From a bacterium (lineage in GTDB: Bacteria > Patescibacteriota > Minisyncoccia > Phycocordibacterales > UBA9973), in NCBI GenBank assembly GCA_027484965.1, contig JAIXRY010000006.1:130101-194100 (forward strand): a DNA stretch of 64,000 nucleotides. The letters are read 5' to 3'. A model generated the notes under the pieces. That model made no database searches, was not told where the DNA came from, and was given only the letters and a program-made list of their open reading frames with translations. Shown here piece by piece: positions 57,164 to 64,000 of the stretch (position 1 is its first letter; every line of letters starts with the position of its first letter). The position numbers were made by a program, and so were the translations under genes.

Positions 57164-57210
57164 AGAGATTTTGGTTAATAATAAAACCTCTATGTGTGGT
57201 TAAAAACTAA

Positions 57211-57345
57211 ATAAGCACCACTGAGAGAGGTGCTGACAAACCAATAGCCCTAGAGCTGTTGATTATGTTTCCTCAAACAATGGTGCTTATTTAGCACGTA
57301 ATCAACAGTAAAAGACGTCGGTCTTTTAGGGTGCGATATTGGTTT
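57211..57345. other. interleaved perfect inverted repeats (aaataagcaccac/tggtgcttattt; gacaaaccaata/tattggtttgtc; ctgttgatta/taatcaacag) in pseudoknot-like order
   Basis: Seen directly; order A1-B1-C1-A2-C2-B2. Confidence 0.5.
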
Positions 57346-57879
57346 GTCAGCGAAGTCATTATAGCAAAATTGACCCATAATTGAAATAGTAAGTGCGAGA
57401 AAAATTGACACAGATATTTATTATTGTTGTATTTATATTTTATTAAAAAATACTTTCCTTAATAATTCTTTTATATAAGCATAACTACTTTGCACTTCAC
57501 TAATGCATAAATACTATGTACTCTTATCCTTCAAAATACTCAATTTTATGTTGATACGTATAGGTATTACGTGATATACTGTACCTGTACAGAGATGTAC
57601 TGGGATCGTTATTAACCGGATTGAAGAGATGTGTTTTAACAAACAAAGCTCTTTTCAAAAAATCTTCAATCAAAGATAACCCAGTAAGTAGGCTGAAATA
57701 TGACCCTACTGACTAGATGTAATTACAACCACATACCTTGTATGTTTAAGTAAGTACATAAACAAATAAATTGCTCAACCGGATACCGGACGAGCCTGTG
57801 GCGTAGATTTTTCTACTGCTCACAGACCACCTTTCAGGTGTAATTTATTTTTTATGATTTACTCAAGCATATAAAAACT

Positions 57880-57908
57880 AAAGCGACCTGAAATGGTCGC
57901 TTTTTTGT
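57880..57908 (+). terminator. rho-independent terminator aagcgacc-tgaaa-tggtcgctttttt
   Basis: 7-bp GC-rich stem + T-run in a long non-coding region. Confidence 0.7.
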
Positions 57909-57970
57909 TTGTTCTGAAATGTCTATTTAATAAAGAGATATTTCAGAGCTAAGAAATTGGCTCTGAACTT

Positions 57971-58213
57971 ATGATAGACATTAACCGTTCAAAATTATCT
58001 GACCAAGATATCACAGACCTTTCAGGTCTCTTTGATATGTTTGCAATGTTTGATTTTGAAGATACTCAAAAAGTATCACGTCTCTCACAGGAAATTGGTA
58101 AAGACTTCTCTTCGGTTAAGGGGAAGTCTTTACCAGCGTCTTGTGATCAAGACAAAACAAACGAATTAGAAAATCCTTCTTCTAAGGGCACAGAAGTAAA
58201 ACGGCTCTTATAA
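57971..58213 (+). CDS. hypothetical acidic protein (80 aa)
   Basis: ORF. Confidence 0.35.
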   Translation: MIDINRSKLSDQDITDLSGLFDMFAMFDFEDTQKVSRLSQEIGKDFSSVKGKSLPASCDQDKTNELENPSSKGTEVKRLL

Positions 58214-58545
58214 AATCTTTGAAATTGGCTCATATTCAAAGGCAAAACAAGGATACTTCAGGTGCAAATGTGAAAGCTGGGAAAATGGTTGTCCAGACTT
58301 ACCACCCAGCCGTCTGATTTGTACCGGATGTATTCAGATAAAAACTAAAGATATAAAAAGAAAAGTGAACTGCCGAGTTTTTATAAAACTAGCTTTTCTT
58401 AAGGGGGTCATTAGTTGGTTATCATATTCTAATTCCATACAAGAGCACCAAATTAGTCATTTGTTACTCTTACCAACATTCACTTATAGATATTTATCAT
58501 AAGGGGAAGTCTGGATTATTATCAAAAAATGTTAGAATAGTATTT

Positions 58546-60117
58546 ATGAAAGGCTCAAACATAAACAATTGTGTTTTATATTGCCGAGTATCTTCAAAAG
58601 AACAAGAAGAAACTGGGTACTCTCTTCCTTCACAGGAAAAGCTCTTAAAAGAATATGCAGAACGTAGAAATAATTTTACTGTTGTAAAAGTTTTCTCTGT
58701 TGCTGAAAGTGCTAGTGGCTCAAAGCAAAGAAAAGTGTTTGCTGAAATGATGTCATTTATATCAAAGCACGATATAAAAAATCTAGTAGTAGAAAAAGTT
58801 GATCGCCTTACTCGCAACCTAAAAGAGGCTGTATTTGCTAATGATTGGTTAGATGAAGACAAGGAAAGAAAAATACATTTCGTAAAACAAAACCTAGTAT
58901 TACACGTAGGTGCTAAGTCAGACGAAAAGTTTCGCTGGGATATTGAAATTGTTTTAGCTAAGAAGTTTATATCAAACCTCTCAGAAGAAGTACGAAAGGG
59001 TCAAGCTGAAAAATTAGCTCAAGGTTGGCTACCTACAACACCTCCAATTGGATACAAAACTATTGGAGAAAAAGGGCACAAGATACACGTAATAGATACT
59101 AATTTCTCTGGTTTTATTAAGAAGGCTTTTGAAATGTATGCTAGTGGTAATTATTCAATGGAGGCACTGAGACAACAACTCTACAAAGAGGGCTTTAGAA
59201 CTCGTAATGGTAATAAACCAGCAAAAAGTGCAATTGAAAATCTACTTAACGAAGTATTTTATTATGGTGCTATGAAATGGAACGGAGTACTTTATAAGGA
59301 CGGCAAACAAGAGCCAATAATTACAAAAGAATTATTTGATAAAGCTCAAGAGGTACGCCAGAGACATCTAGCACCAACTTACAGCCGGCATAACTTCCAA
59401 TTTAAGAAACTAATGAAGTGTGGCGAATGTAATGGCACAATCACAGCTGAAGTACAGAAAGGCATAGTGTACTACCATTGTAGCCACTATAACGATTGCA
59501 CTCAAAAACCATATACACCAGAGAAAGAGATTGAAGAACAACTCTTTGGAGTATTCAAGTTTTTTGAGAACATAACACCAGAAGAGGCTGAGGCTATTAA
59601 GGAGAAAATTAAAGCAAACCACGCTCAAGAAATTACTTACAAGGAAAATACTCTTAAATCTCTCAACGCTCGCTATTTACAGCTACAGAGCCGATTAGAC
59701 ATACTCTATAACGACAGATTAGATCAGAAGATTACTACAGATAGCTGGGAGAAGAAACAGAGCGAAATAAATAAAGAACAGGAAAATATCCTTGAACAAA
59801 TTGAGAGAATTAAAAATGTTGAGACGAAGTACTTTGAGATATGGTTGAACATCTTAGACCTTGCACACAGAGCAAAAGAAATATATGAAAAAAGAAGTCC
59901 GGAAGAACGCCGAACACTTTTATCTCATATTTTTCTGAACTTAACTTTAACTGACAAAAAAGTCATACCTACATTGAAGAAACCAGTTGAAGTGCTTGCT
60001 CAACGTGTCCAAGAGAAAATAGACGCTCAAAAGATTTTCGAACAGAAGAAAACCGTTGCTATAAAACGACAAAAGAGCTCTTACGAGCCCCTTTGTCCTT
60101 CTTTGCTCCCCCGGTAG
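58546..60117 (+). CDS. large serine recombinase (integrase) overlapping the 3' end of tRNA-Asn
   Basis: VLYCRVSSKEQEETGYSLPSQ catalytic motif; recombinase domain; CGECNG...C zinc ribbon; last 12 nt overlap tRNA. Confidence 0.8.
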   Translation: MKGSNINNCVLYCRVSSKEQEETGYSLPSQEKLLKEYAERRNNFTVVKVFSVAESASGSKQRKVFAEMMSFISKHDIKNLVVEKVDRLTRNLKEAVFANDWLDEDKERKIHFVKQNLVLHVGAKSDEKFRWDIEIVLAKKFISNLSEEVRKGQAEKLAQGWLPTTPPIGYKTIGEKGHKIHVIDTNFSGFIKKAFEMYASGNYSMEALRQQLYKEGFRTRNGNKPAKSAIENLLNEVFYYGAMKWNGVLYKDGKQEPIITKELFDKAQEVRQRHLAPTYSRHNFQFKKLMKCGECNGTITAEVQKGIVYYHCSHYNDCTQKPYTPEKEIEEQLFGVFKFFENITPEEAEAIKEKIKANHAQEITYKENTLKSLNARYLQLQSRLDILYNDRLDQKITTDSWEKKQSEINKEQENILEQIERIKNVETKYFEIWLNILDLAHRAKEIYEKRSPEERRTLLSHIFLNLTLTDKKVIPTLKKPVEVLAQRVQEKIDAQKIFEQKKTVAIKRQKSSYEPLCPSLLPR

Positions 60118-60177
60118 GGATCGAACCTACGACCAATCGATTAACAGTCGATTGCTCTACCGCTGAGCTACAGGGGA
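60106..60177 (-). tRNA. tRNA-Asn (anticodon GUU)
   Basis: Sense strand UCCCCUGUAGCUCAGCGGUAGAGCAAUCGACUGUUAAUCGAUUGGUCGUAGGUUCGAUCCCUACCGGGGGAG: cloverleaf with U1-A72 as in E. coli tRNA-Asn, anticodon loop CUGUUAA, T-loop UUCGAUC. Confidence 0.88.
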
Positions 60178-60497
60178 ATGTTTTATTCCCCACTATAATT
60201 TATAGGGGCAATCAACTGTAAAAGTCGATCTCCTTACAGGAGCTGTACACCTTTTGGATATTAGTAAAATATCTCAAAAGGTCTTGCGAAATGGATTTAC
60301 CATTTCTCACTCCACCGCTAAACTATAAAGGGGGATGAATTTGCCTTATATAGGATAACCGAAGCTAAACTACATAAGACTTATCCAATTAGTTCTTAAT
60401 TAAAAGAACTCCGTCTATTATACCAATTTATTTTTTCTCTGCAACTAAATTTAATTTTAAAATATGATTTTTAATATTTGACTTTTAATATTAAATA

Positions 60498-61004
60498 TTG
60501 TATTATGTATACAAACATATAGAAAAAATGAGAACATTTGAAAAAGTATTTACCACAGAAAAAAAGTTATGGATTCCTGAAAATACAGAGAAATTTATAA
60601 GAGAATCTGAAACAAAGTTTGAAAGCATCGAATCATACTTAAAAATGAGACCCAGGGTTTTATTACCTCTAGAAACAGAGAAATCTGTTGTAGTATGCAA
60701 AATAAACAAGCAAATAAATTTTAATGATTCCGTTGAATTTATTGAATCAGAGAAAGGTATTTTCCCTAATGCAGAAGGTCTTACTATTGCAAAATTTTTA
60801 CTAAGAGGAAAGGTTCCTGAAAATAAAGCTGTTTATGGTTTTGATAAAAAAGAAAATCTTTGGGACCCTTGGCAAGAAGAGAGTTTATTTATTCCTTTTA
60901 TAAGCAACAAAAAAACCAATTTTTATTTCGGATTATCTTCTTTTTCTAAAACATCATTTTCTGCAAAAACAGAAGGATCTTATCTTATTTATTTTTCGAA
61001 TTAA
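60498..61004 (+). CDS. hypothetical protein (168 aa)
   Basis: ORF. Confidence 0.4.
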   Translation: MYYVYKHIEKMRTFEKVFTTEKKLWIPENTEKFIRESETKFESIESYLKMRPRVLLPLETEKSVVVCKINKQINFNDSVEFIESEKGIFPNAEGLTIAKFLLRGKVPENKAVYGFDKKENLWDPWQEESLFIPFISNKKTNFYFGLSSFSKTSFSAKTEGSYLIYFSN

Positions 61005-61051
61005 AAACAAAGGTTGTCATATATAGTATGACAACCTTTTATTATTTTTGA

Positions 61052-61474
61052 TTATTTCTTCACTTCCAATTTTTTGAAACAATCTTCACATCTACATCCG
61101 TGAGGAGCGATGAATTCTTCAAAATACTCCTTCCCATAGTCATAAAAAAACTCTTCCTCTTCTTTGATGTTCTTGATAGCTTTTACAAATACGCGCGCAG
61201 AGATTATTTCTACTTCACAGTTTGGATAACATGCATGATTAATATATCTTGCAGTATTATTGTGGTCTTTACCATCAATAGTGATTTTATTATTAACTTC
61301 AAAAAGATATTTTGTTGTATTATCTTCAACTTCAGCATTAGGACGACGTTCGCCGGTATATTCAATAATCCAAGTTCCCTTCTTTATTGGTTCTGTTGCG
61401 AATAGTCCGAGACCTGATTTTGAACGCTTCACTTTGTATGCTGTTTTTGGTAATACTGTTGGGATTTTTGCCAT
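61052..61474 (-). CDS. SET-domain protein (putative protein-lysine methyltransferase)
   Basis: GLGLFATEPIKKGTWIIEYTGE, ARYINHACYPNC, FFYDYG; post-SET Cys cluster CRCEDC. Confidence 0.75.
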   Translation of the reverse strand: MAKIPTVLPKTAYKVKRSKSGLGLFATEPIKKGTWIIEYTGERRPNAEVEDNTTKYLFEVNNKITIDGKDHNNTARYINHACYPNCEVEIISARVFVKAIKNIKEEEEFFYDYGKEYFEEFIAPHGCRCEDCFKKLEVKK

Positions 61475-61539
61475 AGGTACAGATTATATCACAAAATATA
61501 TTCGATAATAAATTGATTAAAATGTGATACTATATTCTT

Positions 61540-62220
61540 ATGAAAATTCACCGCTTCATTACCAAAAACTATAAAAAAGAAGGAAATATTATATTTATCT
61601 TGGATGAAAATATTATTCATCAAATAAAACAAGTTCTTAAAATAATTCCGGGAGAACAAATAAAGCTTATAGACTCAGAAGCTCTTACAGAAACTCTTAT
61701 CCTTATTAAACAAATAGACAAGAAAGAAATACGCGGAGATATTATTTCTACAGAAAAGATAGAGGGAGAATTTGGAGGGACTCTTGCTTGTGCAATATTA
61801 AAAGGTGACCATTTTGATCTGGTAGTAGAAAAATCAACAGAGCTTGGAATACAGAAAATCATACCCTTGATCACAGATAGAGTTATAAAGAAATCTATAA
61901 ATAAAGAAAGACTCCAAAAAATAGCCACAGAAGCAAGTGAACAATCAGGAAGAATAAGTGTCCCAGAAATTACAGAACCACAAAAACTAAAAGATTTTCT
62001 TGAAGAAAATAAAGGTAAGAAAATTTATTTTGCTCATATAAGTGAAAAAGAGCAAACAAATCTAGATAAAGAAAGTATTGTCTGTGTGGGACCTGAAGGA
62101 GGATGGACCGATGGCGAAATATCTTTATTTGAAGAACATAATGGAATCCCCTTATCTCTTGGAAAAAATGTCCTAAGAGCTGAAACAGCAGCCATTGTAG
62201 CTAGCTTTAAAATGCAATAA
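61540..62220 (+). CDS. rsmE: 16S rRNA (uracil1498-N3)-methyltransferase
   Basis: MKIHRFI N-terminus; VEKSTELGIQKIIPLITDR and CVGPEGGWTDGE motifs. Confidence 0.8.
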   Translation: MKIHRFITKNYKKEGNIIFILDENIIHQIKQVLKIIPGEQIKLIDSEALTETLILIKQIDKKEIRGDIISTEKIEGEFGGTLACAILKGDHFDLVVEKSTELGIQKIIPLITDRVIKKSINKERLQKIATEASEQSGRISVPEITEPQKLKDFLEENKGKKIYFAHISEKEQTNLDKESIVCVGPEGGWTDGEISLFEEHNGIPLSLGKNVLRAETAAIVASFKMQ

Positions 62221-62225
62221 CAAAT

Positions 62226-62987
62226 ATGAATATAGCACACTCAATCATTCTCGGCATAGTAGAAGGCTTTACAGAATTCCTTCCTATTTCATCTACTGGA
62301 CACCTAATCATTGCAAGTAAAATACTCGGCATAGCAGATAGTAACTTCTTATCAAGTTTTGAAATAATAATTCAACTCGGAGCAATACTTGCTGTTATAA
62401 CACTATTTTTCAAAGAACTTTGGGGTAAATGGGATATTATTAAAAAAGTCTTTATAGCATTCATTCCCACTATAGTAATAGGACTCACAGCATATAGTTT
62501 TGTCAAAAAATATTTAATAGGAAATATTACTCTTGTTCTCTGGTCACTTCTTATTGGCGGAATTATCATTGTACTTTTTGAAAAATATTTTAAAAGTGAT
62601 GATAATACAAAAAATATAAATTTTAAAAATGCATTTTGGCTTGGAGTATTCCAAACACTCGCATTCATTCCTGGAGTATCACGTTCTGGAGCAACTATTA
62701 TTGGTGGAATAGCGTTGGGCTTAGAAAAAAAAGCTGTAGTGCTGTTTAGTTTCTTCTTGGCTATCCCTACAATGTTCGCTGCGAGCGCTCTTGATATATA
62801 TAAAAGCAATTTTAGTTTTACAAATAAGGAAGTATTAATTATAAGTATAGGATTCATAACAGCATACATTACAGCCATAATTGCAATGAAAAGCTTTCTA
62901 AAATTTATACAAAATAATTCATTTACATCGTTTGGTATCTATAGAATTATTATAGGGATTATCGGACTTATGATTTTATATTTCTAA
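62226..62987 (+). CDS. uppP: undecaprenyl-diphosphatase
   Basis: ILGIVEGFTEFLPISSTGHLI and GVSRSGATIIGG motifs. Confidence 0.88.
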   Translation: MNIAHSIILGIVEGFTEFLPISSTGHLIIASKILGIADSNFLSSFEIIIQLGAILAVITLFFKELWGKWDIIKKVFIAFIPTIVIGLTAYSFVKKYLIGNITLVLWSLLIGGIIIVLFEKYFKSDDNTKNINFKNAFWLGVFQTLAFIPGVSRSGATIIGGIALGLEKKAVVLFSFFLAIPTMFAASALDIYKSNFSFTNKEVLIISIGFITAYITAIIAMKSFLKFIQNNSFTSFGIYRIIIGIIGLMILYF

Positions 62988-63002
62988 ACAAAGATTCGCA
63001 AA

Positions 63003-63036
63003 TAAAAAGCCTGAGTTATTACTCAGGCTTTTTCTT
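63003..63036. terminator. bidirectional terminator aaaagcctgagt-tatt-actcaggcttttt
   Basis: 10-bp stem between convergent genes. Confidence 0.7.
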
Positions 63037-63526
63037 AAAAATGTTCATCAGGAACTTTTCTGTAAGAAATTTTTGGGCCACTTTTCTCTTTTTCTGGAAG
63101 AGTTTCTAAAACTCCCCAATTAAAGACAATGAGCCCAACGTTCTTTGGAGGATTGTTTACATCCTTTGGTGGAGTTACAGGCTTGTAACCTTTTTTAGTT
63201 ACCTCTACCCAAGCAGCCTCTACCCAATGAGCTTTTTTAACTTTAAAAAATTCGGCATTAGACTGACCAGAGGAATTTGATCCTCCTACTGGCAATCTTA
63301 CAAACAAGTTGTAAATGCGAGCAGTGTCACCATTCTCCTTCACTTCAAAGAATGAAGGAAGTATTGGGTACATTGGACGTTTCAATGTATTATCAATATC
63401 GACAGCTTCAATAGATAATTCCATAATTCCGCGAATACGGTCATCTTTTGGACGAGGACGTTCTTGACCAAACACTACCGAACATGTCGATAATAGTAAG
63501 GCTAAAATAATTAACTTGGTTTTCAT
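63035..63526 (-). CDS. secreted hypothetical protein (163 aa)
   Basis: Signal peptide MKTKLIILALLLSTCSVVFGQ. Confidence 0.5.
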   Translation of the reverse strand: MKTKLIILALLLSTCSVVFGQERPRPKDDRIRGIMELSIEAVDIDNTLKRPMYPILPSFFEVKENGDTARIYNLFVRLPVGGSNSSGQSNAEFFKVKKAHWVEAAWVEVTKKGYKPVTPPKDVNNPPKNVGLIVFNWGVLETLPEKEKSGPKISYRKVPDEHF

Positions 63527-63725
63527 TTTTTTATTTTTGTTTGTACGTTTTTTGTTATTATATAAATAAAGTTCATATTTGTCAATAACGCTCGGACATA
63601 TCTCCTAAAAAACACAAAAATATTCTGCTGAATATTTTCTCCTTCCGCCACCAGTCGCGGCTTTAGAGGTCTTTCAGGATATATATCCTCGCTTAGTAAT
63701 TAATACAAAAAAATACCACAAAAAC

Positions 63726-63758
63726 AAAAAGAGTAGCTCTTATGCTACTCTTTTTGTT
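63726..63758 (-). terminator. hairpin agagtagc-tcttat-gctactct + U-run
   Basis: Follows rseP stop on minus strand. Confidence 0.65.
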
Positions 63759-63774
63759 GATACATAATATAAAT

Positions 63775-64000
63775 TTAGAACAAATGGAGTATATCTCTCA
63801 CAGTTACAAAAACCATAAGTAATATAAGAATAAGGAATCCTGACCCATTAATAATCCCAAGAACTTTAGTAGGAATTTTCTTTCGTGTTATAGCCTCCCC
63901 TAAAACCATAACCAACCTACCACCATCTAAAGCTGGAAAAGGAATCAAGTTCATAACAGCAAGATTTATAGATATGAGAGCTGCAAAAGATATAATATAC
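63775..64000 (-). CDS. rseP: RIP metalloprotease RseP/site-2 protease, C-terminal part (5' end beyond window)
   Basis: ...INLAVMNLIPFPALDGGRLVMVLGEAITRKKIP... (NLLPIPALDGG signature). Confidence 0.75.
   Translation of the reverse strand, partial: YIISFAALISINLAVMNLIPFPALDGGRLVMVLGEAITRKKIPTKVLGIINGSGFLILILLMVFVTVRDILHLF

Noticed and set aside
1-64000. Alternative genetic code (UGA recoding as in some CPR lineages)
   Set aside because: Housekeeping proteins (enolase, pyruvate kinase, UppP, TypA) are full length and colinear with homologues under the standard code.

Overview
AT-rich (~30% GC) bacterial chromosome segment using the standard genetic code: housekeeping homologues are full length with no UGA recoding. 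Gene content and AT bias suggest a CPR/Patescibacteria-like or other uncultured low-GC organism; that taxonomic guess is inference.

Positions 1-15,300 are core genes: typA (partial), YggU, hpf, pyruvate kinase, an operon 2-hydroxyacid dehydrogenase / MOFRL glycerate kinase / enolase / barrel-only pyruvate-kinase paralog, NUDIX, GreA-like, DoxX.

Positions ~15,400-60,180 look like one large accessory region ending at a tRNA-Asn(GUU) whose 3' end is overlapped by a large serine recombinase gene. It has three parts:
(a) A ~10.5-kb run of 15 mostly same-strand small unrelated genes punctuated by 11 copies of an ~85-125-nt intergenic repeat. The repeat combines a bidirectional terminator hairpin, TTCGAAC...GTTCGAA brackets, a second CTCCGAA...TTCGGAG hairpin and an adjacent TTGAC-17-TAATAT promoter.
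(b) A defence-island-like stretch: a 1189-aa SF1 helicase fused to a DUF559 nuclease-like domain with a Cys-rich partner, a three-gene unknown operon, two KAP-family P-loop NTPase operons, a HEPN-like protein, two type II C5-methyltransferase R-M systems, three large serine recombinases plus one recombinase fragment, an excisionase-like HTH and a phage terminase small subunit.
(c) Two diverged inverted copies of a ~190-220-nt structured element with compensatory stem substitutions. They form the 5' leaders of two convergent operons that flank a 7.6-kb segment carrying a serine recombinase.

After the tRNA, housekeeping genes resume: SET-domain protein, rsmE, uppP, rseP (partial). No CRISPR array, rRNA or canonical integron integrase was seen.
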